Of a stretch of DNA of 64,000 bases, positions 43,665 to 54,700 are shown one piece after another. A program made the translations under genes and the position numbers. Source of the stretch: Massilia sp. (GTDB lineage Bacteria; Pseudomonadota; Gammaproteobacteria; Burkholderiales; Burkholderiaceae_D); assembly GCA_036676245.1 (NCBI GenBank), contig JAKFDH010000138.1, forward strand, positions 44,391 through 108,390, written 5' to 3'. Position 1 is the first letter of the stretch, and the number at the start of each line of letters is the position of its first letter. Under the pieces are notes generated by a model, which worked only from the letters and a program-made list of their open reading frames with translations, searched no databases and was not told where the DNA came from.

Positions 43665-43709
43665 TGTCTTTCCCATGTGCGGGGCGTGTGCAGCCCGCGA
43701 GGATACCAA

Positions 43710-43746
43710 CAAAAAGGGCAGCCCGCTTGCGCGCCGCCGCCCTTTC
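43710..43746 (-). terminator. Terminator-like hairpin between cytochrome c4 and resB
   Basis: Minus strand AAAGGGCGGC...GCTGCCCTTTTTG. Confidence 0.5.
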
Positions 43747-43755
43747 GGTTCCTGC

Positions 43756-43843
43756 ACCGGGGTCAGTGCCGACAAAAGCACACGGGCTCAACCATTAAGT
43801 CCTATGGTTGAGCCCGTGTGCTTTTGTCGGCACTGACCCCGGT
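43756..43843. repeat. 88-bp palindrome (perfect 40-bp arms, 8-nt loop), MITE/REPIN-like
   Basis: ACCGGGGTCAGTGCCGACAAAAGCACACGGGCTCAACCAT-TAAGTCCT-exact reverse complement. Confidence 0.85.
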
Positions 43844-43856
43844 TCTTATTCCAGGA

Positions 43857-44513
43857 TTACTTCAAGCCGGCGACGTAATCGGCAACCGCCTTCATTTCGG
43901 CGTCCGACATGCGCTGCGCCAGGGTGGTCATCTGCACGCTGTTCGCGCGCGCGCCGCCCTTGAACGCCTGCAGCTGGGCCACGGTGTAGTCCTGGTGCTG
44001 GCCGGCCAGGCGCGGGAATTGCGCCGGGATGCCGTTGCCGTTGGCGCCGTGGCAGCTGGCGCAGGCGGCCACGCCGCGATCGGCGATACCGCCGCGGTAG
44101 ATCTTGCGGCCCAGTTCGACCGTGTCCTTGTTCTTGGCGGCGCCCTGCTTTTGCGCCTGGGTGGCCAGGTAGGCGGCAATGTTCTTCTTCTCTTCTTCGC
44201 TCAGCATCTTGGCGTAGGTGCTCATGACCGGCTGCACGCGGCCCGGGGTCGTGAAATCGACCAGCTGCTTGTGGGTGTAGGCTTCGAACTGGCCGGCCAG
44301 CTTCGGATTGGCGGCGATGGTCGAGTTGCCGGCGGCGCCGTGGCAGGATACGCAGGCAGGCAGGCCGCGGGCGCTGTCGCCGCTGTCGTACAAGCTTGCG
44401 CCTTTGGCGGCGTCGGCCTTGGCCGGAGCGGCTGGCTTATTGTCGGATGCGGTAGCAAAGCCGGAAACGGCCAGGGTTGCGACCAACAAGGATTTCAAAA
44501 ACGCACGATTCAT
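43857..44513 (-). CDS. Diheme cytochrome c4
   Basis: Signal peptide; two CxxCH motifs (CVSCH, CASCH); divergent from yihA. Confidence 0.95.
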   Translation of the reverse strand: MNRAFLKSLLVATLAVSGFATASDNKPAAPAKADAAKGASLYDSGDSARGLPACVSCHGAAGNSTIAANPKLAGQFEAYTHKQLVDFTTPGRVQPVMSTYAKMLSEEEKKNIAAYLATQAQKQGAAKNKDTVELGRKIYRGGIADRGVAACASCHGANGNGIPAQFPRLAGQHQDYTVAQLQAFKGGARANSVQMTTLAQRMSDAEMKAVADYVAGLK

Positions 44514-44690
44514 TCAAACACCCTGAGACAAGTCAAAAATTGGTTTTTATTAAGAAATTCGGTGGATTCCGTACTGCAGCCGATCTTGTGCGGTCGCCAT
44601 GGCTTTTGCGTCGCAACAATTCGTAACCCCTTATTGTACAATAGCTTTCTCGCGTTATCGCCCCCTTTTGTTGCAATTTCTGCCCATTCC

Positions 44691-45407
44691 ATGTCCAAAC
44701 TCTGGCAAGCCCGCTTCTTTACGACCGTCAACCAACTGCGCGATCTGCCCGATACGCAGGCGCCGGAAATCGCCTTCGCCGGCCGTTCCAACGCCGGGAA
44801 ATCGACCGCCATCAACATCCTGACGAACCAGAAAGGGCTCGCCTTCGCGTCCAAGACCCCGGGCCGCACCCAGCACATCAATTACTTCTCGATCGGCGGC
44901 GCCCACGTGGGCCAGCACCGCAAGGACCCGACCATCGTCGAGGAAATCGAGGCGCTGCTGGTCGACTTGCCCGGCTACGGCTACGCCGAAGTGTCGGGCT
45001 CGGCCAAGCTGCACTGGCAAAAATTGCTGGGGGACTACGTCCAGCGCCGCGAACAGTTGGCCGCGCTGGTGCTGATCATGGATTCGCGCCGCCCGTTCAC
45101 GGAACTGGACGTCCAGATGCTCGAATGGTTCGCCCCGACCGGCAAGCCGATCCACTGCATCCTGACCAAGGCCGATAAGCTCAACCGCAACGAATCGACG
45201 AACGCCTTGCGCCAGGCGCGCCAGATGCTCGACAGCTATGTCGACGAAGACGGCGAAGGCTTCCCTTTCACCGTCCAGCTGTTCTCGGCCCTGAAGCGGA
45301 TCGGCATCGAGGAAGCGAACGACAAGATCATCGACCTGCTGGGCCTGACCAGGGTCGAACCGGACCCGAACGCCGTGCTGGTCGACCCGGTCGACGGCGA
45401 CGACTGA
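44691..45407 (+). CDS. yihA: Ribosome biogenesis GTP-binding protein YihA/EngB
   Basis: [31 protein letters not shown]. Confidence 0.96.
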   Translation: MSKLWQARFFTTVNQLRDLPDTQAPEIAFAGRSNAGKSTAINILTNQKGLAFASKTPGRTQHINYFSIGGAHVGQHRKDPTIVEEIEALLVDLPGYGYAEVSGSAKLHWQKLLGDYVQRREQLAALVLIMDSRRPFTELDVQMLEWFAPTGKPIHCILTKADKLNRNESTNALRQARQMLDSYVDEDGEGFPFTVQLFSALKRIGIEEANDKIIDLLGLTRVEPDPNAVLVDPVDGDD

Positions 45408-45414
45408 AGACTGA

Positions 45415-46449
<1,035 letters not shown>

Positions 46450-46468
46450 CACAGGCGTTAAAACTGGT

Positions 46469-46548
46469 GTAGGGTGGGTGAGCACAGCGCTACCCACCAA
46501 GCGTCATCGGCGGCTCGTGGTGGGTAGCGCTGCGCTCACCCACCCTAC
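46469..46548. repeat. GTAG-type REP inverted doublet (family A, REPIN-like)
   Basis: GTAGGGTGGGTGAGCACAGCGCTACCCACC and an inverted copy ending CTCACCCACCCTAC, between convergent genes. Confidence 0.82.
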
Positions 46549-46579
46549 CCTCCGCATACCCTTCGCGCAAGTCCCAGCA

Positions 46580-47344
46580 CTACTTCGCCAATTCCGCCGC
46601 CGTCGGCGGCATGGAAGCATACCGCAGCTGCTCCAGCGCCCTGTCCAGCTTCGCCATCGTGGCCGCCGGGATATCCTTGCTGCACACGATATGGCGCGCG
46701 ATCCCGCCCGGCATGTCCGGCACCGCATGCACCGTCAAACCGGCCAGCCGCGGATCCCGCGCGCGCAGGTACTCCCAGCCGTAGCGGTCGGCGATCGTGT
46801 ACGACATCCTGCCCGCCGCCACCATCCGGATCAGGGTGCTGGCGTCCACCGTGCGCCGCGTCACCGTGTTGGCGCTGGCGGCCACCAGCGCGTCGAGCTG
46901 GGTGCCCAGGCTGTTGCCGTCGGTCAGCCCCAGCTCGAAGCCGGGGTCGGCCAGCAGCGAAGCCAGGTTCTTGTGCAGGCGCACTTTCGGCAGCACGCCC
47001 TGGCTCACCAGCAGCACCTGCGGCGGATCCATGTGGATCGTCCGCGAATACTGGGCGAAGGCGTCGCGCCCGGGCACCTTGTAGCGCCCCAGCGAACAGT
47101 AGTTGGTCTTGCCACTTTGAAAACTCGCCCAGATGCGCTTGGACGGCTCCATCACGAAGCGCGCCGGCACCCCGGCCGCCGCGAACACGGCCTTGCCGCG
47201 CGCCAGCAGGAAGCCGCGGTCGCGCTCCCCGTCCACATAGTGGTAAGGCGGCTTGTCGCGCCAGGACACGGTGATTTCCTGCGCCAGCGCGAAGGGGCTG
47301 GACAAGACCATCAGGCAGCAGGCGACAGAAGGTGAGAGTTTCAT
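46580..47344 (-). CDS. Orphan periplasmic solute-binding protein (family 3-like)
   Basis: Signal peptide; PPYHY, PSKRIW, MVAAGRMSY; no permease or ATPase gene nearby. Confidence 0.75.
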   Translation of the reverse strand: MKLSPSVACCLMVLSSPFALAQEITVSWRDKPPYHYVDGERDRGFLLARGKAVFAAAGVPARFVMEPSKRIWASFQSGKTNYCSLGRYKVPGRDAFAQYSRTIHMDPPQVLLVSQGVLPKVRLHKNLASLLADPGFELGLTDGNSLGTQLDALVAASANTVTRRTVDASTLIRMVAAGRMSYTIADRYGWEYLRARDPRLAGLTVHAVPDMPGGIARHIVCSKDIPAATMAKLDRALEQLRYASMPPTAAELAK

Positions 47345-47407
47345 GCTGCGGCGGATTATTGTGTTTCGTTAATTATGTACCGGCGATACCGCGCCTGCCA
47401 GCCATGC

Positions 47408-48298
47408 TCAGCGCCGCTTCGGCGGCGGCCGGTAGTTCGGGAACATTTCCAGGAACAGGAAGGCCTGCAGTTCCTCGGTGTCCTGGACCCGCGCGCTCAT
47501 CTTGACGACCCGCTGCAGGCGGTGCGAATCCCAGTCGAAGTCGCCGGTCTTTTCCTTGCGGATCAGCTCGATCATTTTCTTGACGATGGCCGTCTCGATG
47601 TCCGGCTCGGTGCCCAGTTCGACGGTGACCTGCTGCAGCCAGCGGCGCTTGAAGTTCGGGTTCCAGCCGCGGAACTTGAGGTCGGCGCTGGCGAAGGTCT
47701 TGTTCGACAGGCTGAACACGCCGCCGGTCTGGTTGGCGTCGTCGCTGCCTTGCGCACGGCTGTTGGCGGCGGCGATGTTGGCCTTGGCGATGCGGGTCGC
47801 GCGCGCATTCTCGCTTTCCTCGGCTTGCGCCTCGGGGGCCTGGCCGCGCGCGCGGCGGCGCGCCTCGATGTACGAGGCCATGTCGGGTTCGACCGGCGGC
47901 TCGGCTTTCTTCGGCTCTTCCTTGACGACCGGCACCGGCTTTTCCTCGGGCAGGGTGATGGTGTCGGGCAGGCGCTCGATCTTCGGCGGCGGGGTCGCCT
48001 TGACCGGCTTCCTGGGCTTGGGCACGCTTTCCCTGGGCGCCTTCCTGGGCTGCCCGTCCTTCAGCGGCGCGATATACACGATCTCGGCGCCGGACGGCGG
48101 CGCGGCGACCTTGTTCTTCTGGTCCGGCTTGAACAGGAATACCGCCAGCAGCAGCAGGTGCAGCAGTATCGTGATGCCCAGGCCGGTGCGGTTGACGCCC
48201 TTGCTGCCATAGCCCAGCGGCGCGGCCACCGGCAACGGCTGCCCGCAATGGGCGCAGTAGCCGGTGTTCTCCGGTGAAGAATGGGAATGGTCACGCAA
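47408..48298 (-). CDS. TonB/TolA-like membrane-anchored protein with N-terminal CxxC
   Basis: CAHCGQ, TM helix containing LLH, Pro/Lys/Glu-rich linker, globular C-terminus; TTG start inferred. Confidence 0.55.
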   Translation of the reverse strand: MRDHSHSSPENTGYCAHCGQPLPVAAPLGYGSKGVNRTGLGITILLHLLLLAVFLFKPDQKNKVAAPPSGAEIVYIAPLKDGQPRKAPRESVPKPRKPVKATPPPKIERLPDTITLPEEKPVPVVKEEPKKAEPPVEPDMASYIEARRRARGQAPEAQAEESENARATRIAKANIAAANSRAQGSDDANQTGGVFSLSNKTFASADLKFRGWNPNFKRRWLQQVTVELGTEPDIETAIVKKMIELIRKEKTGDFDWDSHRLQRVVKMSARVQDTEELQAFLFLEMFPNYRPPPKRR

Positions 48299-48407
48299 AA
48301 TGGCAAAAGCTTTCGAGAGCTGGGGCAAGGCTGGTAGCAGGCAGGGCAAAAGCCGCAGTCTAACTGGTTTGCGGCGTTTGCACTACGGGCATGATACCTT
48401 GTCCAGC

Positions 48408-50282
48408 TTACAAGACGGCGCTCTTGACAGGTGTTACCGAATGTATCGGCTTGTCGCGGGCGGCGATGGCGGAGAACATTTCCTTGACGCAGCGGTCCGC
48501 GTCCAGCACCTGGCGCGAGGGCATGCCCGGGCGCGGCAAGGCGTGGGTGTAGTAGTGGGCGCCTTCGACCAGGTAGCCGAGCGCCCACAGCTTGGCCGGG
48601 GCGCGGCCGTTGCGGTCGAGCGGGTGGTTGGCGCGGTCGATGTCGAGTCCGCCCGGATGGAAGCTGCCATTGAAATAGGGGCGCACTATGCCGCGCCGCA
48701 TCAGGTTGCGGGTTAGCGCCGTGTCATCGGTTTGCGGCGAATACACGTCGAGCCGGGCCACCACCAGCGCGTCCAGGTACTGGGCATGGATGCCGGCGGC
48801 GCACCTGGTGTGCAGCGCGAACTGGGAACGGTCGGCGTCGGTCCGCAGCACGGCGTTGGGGCCGGCCGCCACGTCGAGCACGCCGGCGTCCATCAGCGCC
48901 AGCAGCTGGGCATTGCGCAGGCGCGGCGGCCCGAAGGTGATGCGGTTGATCGCCGGGTTATACACGCTGAGGAATTTGCGGTGCGAGGCCGGGGTCAGGC
49001 CGCCATGCTCGACGCTATCCTGCAGCACCGCGCGCGCATCGCGCAGCACGTCGGCGCTGGCCTTGGCCGGGCTGCCGAGATTGCCGCGCGCCGCTTCCTG
49101 CAAGTCCGCTTCCACCAGCGCCCGGAAGAAGGCGCCGAACTGGCGCGGGTTGTCGAAGCTGCGCCCGCGCAGCGGGAACAGCATGGCGTCGAGCGCGGCG
49201 CGCTCTTCCTCGCCCAGTTGGTAGCCGGCCGGATCGGGGGCGGCGCCGTCGCGCGCGGTGCGCCAGGCGTAGCCCATTTCGCGCAGCAGCAGCGGCAGCA
49301 GGTCGGCGTCGAAGTCGAGCTGGACCTGGCCGCCGCCGCGCGCGGCGCGCAGCGCGCGCACCGCCTCGCGCGTGAAAAAGCGCGCCCGGTGGCGCCCGTC
49401 GAGGCCCTTCTGGTTGACGCCGCGCGCCGCCGCCGGCAGGCAGTTGCGCGAGAACAGCAGCAGCGCCGGCTCCTGCCCCGAGCGGCGGTAGCGCAGCGCT
49501 TCGCCGTCGCGCACGAAGCGCCCGCCGCGTCCGACCGTCAGCTCGGCCACCACGTCGTGCGCGGTCAGGCCGATGCCCTCGATGCCGACCCTGGCGTCGC
49601 TGCCGATCGCGTCCAGGCGGTCGAGCGGATACACGTGGCGCAGGTAGGCCAGCTTGCTGTTGTAGCGCGCATGGTCGTGGGCGAATTTGCGGCAGCAGGC
49701 TTCTTCGTCGCTCAGCACATTGCGGCTGTGGCCGGTCGCCAGGAACACGAAGTCGCTGTGCACCAGGTAGCCAGTCTCGAGCTCGACCGTGTAACTGCCG
49801 TCCGGCCTGGCCAGCAAGTCGACGGCGCGCTGGCGCAGGTGGCGCACCACCACCGTGGCCGGCATCGCCGCCACGATCTGGCCATAGGCCCAGCCCAGGT
49901 ATTGGCCCAGCAGCTGGCGCGGCAGGTAGTCGGCGTCCGACACTTCGGCGCCGCCCTGCTCGTCCCCGGCCAGGCGCACGAACTGCTCGCCGAAGCGGCG
50001 GTAGCCCTGGGCGCGCGCCCAGTCGGTCAGCGAGGCCGGCGCGCAAGGGCTGGCCAGGCCGACCGCTTCGCGGAAGGGGAAGATCGTCACCTGGCCGGCG
50101 ATGGTGTTGATCAGCAGGTGCTGCGGCTGGCGCGGCGTGTGCACGCCGGGGCCGCATTCGCCGGGCTCGACCACGTTCACCGCGACCAGGCTGCTGCTGG
50201 TGCGGGCAAAGGCGGCAATGCGCTCGAGCACAGACAGGCCGCGCGGGCCCATGCCGATGATGGTGATACTGGTTCGCTTCAT
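48408..50282 (-). CDS. FAD/NAD(P)-binding flavoprotein, CreE/FzmM-like (class B N-monooxygenase fold)
   Basis: ATG at 50282; IIGMGPRGLSVLER, QHLLINTIAGQVT, FLATGH, GIGLTAHD, GPPRLRNAQLLALMDAGVL, WALGYLVEG. Confidence 0.8.
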   Translation of the reverse strand: MKRTSITIIGMGPRGLSVLERIAAFARTSSSLVAVNVVEPGECGPGVHTPRQPQHLLINTIAGQVTIFPFREAVGLASPCAPASLTDWARAQGYRRFGEQFVRLAGDEQGGAEVSDADYLPRQLLGQYLGWAYGQIVAAMPATVVVRHLRQRAVDLLARPDGSYTVELETGYLVHSDFVFLATGHSRNVLSDEEACCRKFAHDHARYNSKLAYLRHVYPLDRLDAIGSDARVGIEGIGLTAHDVVAELTVGRGGRFVRDGEALRYRRSGQEPALLLFSRNCLPAAARGVNQKGLDGRHRARFFTREAVRALRAARGGGQVQLDFDADLLPLLLREMGYAWRTARDGAAPDPAGYQLGEEERAALDAMLFPLRGRSFDNPRQFGAFFRALVEADLQEAARGNLGSPAKASADVLRDARAVLQDSVEHGGLTPASHRKFLSVYNPAINRITFGPPRLRNAQLLALMDAGVLDVAAGPNAVLRTDADRSQFALHTRCAAGIHAQYLDALVVARLDVYSPQTDDTALTRNLMRRGIVRPYFNGSFHPGGLDIDRANHPLDRNGRAPAKLWALGYLVEGAHYYTHALPRPGMPSRQVLDADRCVKEMFSAIAARDKPIHSVTPVKSAVL

Positions 50283-50454
50283 GTCAGCACCGCCTGGCCG
50301 GGTAATCATCTGACCGATGGTAGGCAACGGCTGAGAGTCGGTGTTGTTGCCAGTCAAAATCATGCGCATGGGCAGCAAAAAGCGGGCATTGACCGCAATC
50401 ACGGCCACGGCGATACTGGGGATCGGGCATGCAATGCGGAAACGAAAGGCGCGG

Positions 50455-50991
50455 ATGGGGAGCAGGCAAAGGTCGATCTGGGCGGCAGGGCTGGCGCTGA
50501 GCGCGGCCATGCATGCCGGCGCCGGCTTCCTGCTGCTGGGCGGCGAAGCGCAGCAGCGCGGCCCGCACGAACCCGATGCCGCGCTGATGATGGTGAGGCT
50601 GGTGGCCGCGCCGCCCGCTGCCGCCACGGCGGCGGCGGCGCGCGCCCCTGCCGCCGCCGCTGCCGTCCCGGCCCGGGCTGCCCAAGCGCCGGCGCGCGCC
50701 GCGCCGCGCTACTACCTGCCGGAGGAACTGGAGCGCGAACCGATCGTGCTGCGCGACCGCACGGCGGAAGCCGGCATCGAACTGGCGGCGCCGTGCGTGC
50801 TGCAGCTGTTCATCGACGCCGGCGGCCGGGTCGTCATGGTGCGTTTCGAGGGGGCGCAGCCGGCGCCGGCGCTGGCGCGCCAGTTGCGCGCCGCCTTCGG
50901 CGCGATCGAATTCGTGCCGGGCGTATTGGGCGGCAAGCCGGTACCGGTGCGCCTGCGCATCGAACTGCTGCCGCCGGCGGGCGGAGGCTAG
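50455..50991 (+). CDS. Short TonB-like protein (TM anchor, Ala/Pro linker, TonB_C-like domain)
   Basis: LSAAMH (SxxxH TM motif), LFIDAGGRV, FVPGVLGGKPVPVR; start uncertain. Confidence 0.6.
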   Translation: MGSRQRSIWAAGLALSAAMHAGAGFLLLGGEAQQRGPHEPDAALMMVRLVAAPPAAATAAAARAPAAAAAVPARAAQAPARAAPRYYLPEELEREPIVLRDRTAEAGIELAAPCVLQLFIDAGGRVVMVRFEGAQPAPALARQLRAAFGAIEFVPGVLGGKPVPVRLRIELLPPAGGG

Positions 50992-50998
50992 CAGCCTG

Positions 50999-51412
50999 CT
51001 AGCAGTCGGCCGGCAGCATCTTGCCCAGGTGGTCCAGGGTCAGGTTGCCGCACCGGGCGTCGGTCTTGACCGGGGTCGCGGTGATCGTATAGCTAGTGGC
51101 AATGCCGGCGGCGCCGGCGGCGACGCTGATGGTGTGCCCCTGCGCTTCCGAATACAGGGCGCCGGCCGGATACTGCAGCTCGGTCAGCGTGGTGGTGTAG
51201 CTGGCGCTGCCGCTGCGTTCGGAATAATACTGCTGCAGCCGCTGCGCCACTTCGGTCATCCTGGCCTTGGCCGAAGCGCGCTTGCTGCGCAGTACGCTTT
51301 CGGCGTAGCTCGGGTAGGCGATCGAGGCCAGGATGCTGATGATGATCGCCACCACCATCAGTTCGACCAGGGTGAAGCCGCGCGCGCGCGCGCTGTTCAG
51401 TCGATGATCCAT
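50999..51412 (-). CDS. pilE: Type IV minor pilin PilE
   Basis: G|FTLVELMVV, IAYPSY, YTITATP, C-terminal CGNLTLD...C. Confidence 0.9.
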   Translation of the reverse strand: MDHRLNSARARGFTLVELMVVAIIISILASIAYPSYAESVLRSKRASAKARMTEVAQRLQQYYSERSGSASYTTTLTELQYPAGALYSEAQGHTISVAAGAAGIATSYTITATPVKTDARCGNLTLDHLGKMLPADC

Positions 51413-51732
51413 ACCTGCTTGATCCTTGGCGTGCTGCCTGCGTTGTCCACGGTATAGGCGATGGTCTTGCCGACTGCCAGCTTCGGCGAATGGACGGGAT
51501 TGCCCTGGCGGTCATGCACGGTGGCCGACAGCAGCGAGAACGCGTAGCGCCTGCCGTTCACGCGCAGCGCGCTGCCGGCCGCGTATTCCTCGATCGCGCC
51601 CTGCTGCGGCGCGTCGGCGGCGACACTGGCGCTGCTGGTGCTGGTGGCGGCGCCGGCCGCCCCTGCCGCCAGCGCGCACGCGGCGAGCATGCTTGCGAAG
51701 ATGTTCATGAACTGCTTCCTCCTTGCATTCAT
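51397..51732 (-). CDS. Small exported protein, PilY2-like by position
   Basis: Signal peptide; short beta-rich body (LRVNGRRY...IKQVWI); lies between pilY1 and pilE. Confidence 0.55.
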   Translation of the reverse strand: MNARRKQFMNIFASMLAACALAAGAAGAATSTSSASVAADAPQQGAIEEYAAGSALRVNGRRYAFSLLSATVHDRQGNPVHSPKLAVGKTIAYTVDNAGSTPRIKQVWIID

Positions 51733-51738
51733 TTTAGC

Positions 51739-54700
51739 CTACTTGATCTGGCGCCAGCTCAGGCGCCGTGCCAGGTTCGCGCTCGCGCTCTCGGTGACGC
51801 TGGTGATCTCGCCCGACGATTCGTTGAGCAGCTTGAGGTCCTTCTTCGGATCGGGCGTGCGCTGGATCGCCGGCGCCGACGCCACACTGTCGAGCTTGCG
51901 TCCCTGGACCCGGGTGTCGTTGCCGTCGATGACGCCGTCGTTGTTGGTGTCGAACGGCGGATTGACCAGCAGCCCGCCGCTGAGCCAGTCGACCTCGTTG
52001 AGCCAGCTGACGCCGCCCGGCGTGCACGGCGTGCTCGACGGGATGATGCTGGTGACGATGACGCGGCCGTCGCGCAGGATCGGCTCGCTGACGACCCGCT
52101 CGGCACTGCCCGGGAATTCGGCGTACCAGCCGTTGTGGACGGACCAGTCGATCTGGCGCGCGGTCGCGGTGCGGTACTCCTCGCCGCCGATCGCGCCGAC
52201 GTCGGCGAAGTCCTGCTTGAGCAGGCCGCCGCCGACGGCCGCGCCCTTGTCCCAGATGCCGTACATGGCGTTGCCCGGCGCGCTGGCGACATCGCTCGGT
52301 TCGACATACTTGCCGGTGCCGAAGTAGACCATGTAGCCGCCCTTCGGATGCTCGCCGGCGTCGGGTGCGGCGGTGACCGGCTGCGGCGCCTTGAACAGCT
52401 TGTAGTCGACCTTCCACTGGTTCGGATTGGCGGAGGACAGGTCGAACTTCCACATATTGCCCAGCTGGTCGCCCGCGTACACGACATCGACGGTGACGTC
52501 GTTGTCGGCGTCGATCGCCAGCGGCGGCGCCAGCGCGTTCGGGGTGGCGGCGCTGCCTTCGCCGGTCTTGATCTTGGCGATCAGCGCGCCGCTCTGGATG
52601 TCGACCACGAACAGCGCCGACTCGCCGCTGCCGCCGCTGTTGTAGCCATTCCCGAACAGCGCGGCCCATTTGCCGTTGTTCATCTTGACGATGCTGACCT
52701 GGCCGCCGACATGGCCGACGTCGGCGTCGTCGGCGTCGGTGAATTCGAAGTTCAGCAGGCTGGCCGCATTCGCTTCCGTGAAGTTCGCCGGGCGCGTCAC
52801 GTCGAGCGCGACGACGCCGCGCCCGCCCACGCCCATGCCGCTGACCAGCACCGTGTGCCAGGCCGAACCGTACCAGGCGTCGCCCGCGTTCGGCGAACCA
52901 TCGACGTAGTAGCGGTGCGCGTAGCTGGCGTCGGTCAGCTTGCTCAGATGCGGATACAGGCCGCTCGGGACATAGGCCAGCTTCTCGAGGCCGGTGGCGG
53001 CGTCGAAGCCGTGCAGCATGCCGTCGTTGGCGCCGACATAGATCATTTTAGTGCGCGCCGCGACGCTGGTGCGGAAGGCGGCGTAACCGTCGAGCGCGTA
53101 GTTGGCGGCCGGCACCCCGACATAATGGGGGGCCGAGTTGACGATGTCGCCCAGCTTGCTGGTGGGACGCTTGCGCCACTTGAGGCCGGCCGCGCCCTCG
53201 TTCACCGCCGAGCCGCGCAGGTAGTCGAGGCGCGCCGCGCCGTGGCCGTCATTGGCGCCGCCGCTGTTGGTCGACAGCCAGGCCGACTGCGCCGCCGCCA
53301 TCTCGCTGGCGCCCGGCGTGGCCGGGGCGGCCGGCCAGCGGAACGGGATGCCGAGCACCGGGTCGCCCGGCGACGCGGCCTGCTTGCCGGTCAGGATCAC
53401 GCGCTCGTTCGGCAGCTGGCTGTTGATCTTCTGGCCCGCGTCCCACAGCGCCGGCTTGACCAGGGCGCCGTTCGCGCCGAGGCTGTAGTCGAGCAGCTGG
53501 CCGGACCAGTCGCCCGAGCTGAACTTGGCCTGGTACACATGGGCGCCGGCCGCCGCCGCCTGGCTGTTGAGCGCGACCGCGGACGCGGCCGAGGTCTTGG
53601 CGATGATGTCCGCGAAGATATTGGCAAATGCCGTGTTCAGGGTCGCCGTGTCGCTGGCGTTGTAGGCCGACTCGCTGCCGCCGGCCTGGGCAATGGTGTC
53701 GAGCTGGGTGATCGACACGCCGTACGGCAGCGCGAAGCCGACCACATAGGTTTCGGTCTTCGAGGCCGAGGCCTTCAGGGCCGCGACCTGGGTCGTCAGC
53801 GCCGACAGGTTGGCGGCCACGTCGGCGCTGGCGACGCCGGCCCTGGTGACCGAGGGCAAGCCGTCGGTCAGCGTGATCAGGAAGTTCTTCGAGCAGGAAT
53901 TCGGCGGCGCCGCGGCCGGCCCGCCCTGGGTCGCCTGGGTCAGCGTGCCGGCGAAGTAGTTGTTTGCCGTGAGCACAGTGCCTTCGAGCGGCGACAGGCC
54001 GGCGTTCTGCAGCGGCCAGGCCGGATCGACCGGCTTGTTGTCGCCGAACTGGGAGGTGCCCAGCTTGGTCAGGATCTTGTTCGCGTGGGCGGTCGTCAGG
54101 TCGGCCACCGGCACGTGCAGGTAGCCCATGCCGGGCGAGGTATTGTTGAACCAGGCCAGGCTGACCATCTGCCAGGTCAGGCGCTTGCCGAAGTCGGTGA
54201 TGCCCTGCCCGAGGTCGGAATCGGTGGGCGACAGGCTGCCGTTGAACAGGCCGTTGCTGTAGCCGCCCGACAGCGCCAGCTCGTTCGAGGCGCCGGTCTT
54301 GGTCTTGTAGCAGGCGTAGCCGTCCCACGGGCCATTGACCGGGTGTTCGGGCACATTGCAGGCCGCGCCCGAGCCCTTGAAGTCATGCGCGGGATCGGTG
54401 CAGGCGCTGGTCGAGAAGCAGGCCGCGCTGCCCTGGTTGCTGCCGGCGTAGTACGGCAGGTTGACATTGAAATGGATGAAGTTGCCGGGCGACGTGGGGT
54501 TCGGGATCCGGAACTTCTTGGTGGCGCTGTTGCGCGCGCCGGTGAAGGCCGGATCGTAGCTGGCCGGGTCGTACGACACGTCGTACTGCGAATCGTGCAG
54601 GAACTGGGTGGTCAGCGCGTTCTGCTGGTAGGCCATCAGGCCCATGTTGATGAAACCGGCATAGCTGTTGACGACCGACTTGATCGCCGCGCGCGCCACT

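Noticed and set aside
46580-47344. Orphan solute-binding protein as part of a new system
   Set aside because: Stand-alone binding proteins of this type are common, and nothing links it to its neighbours
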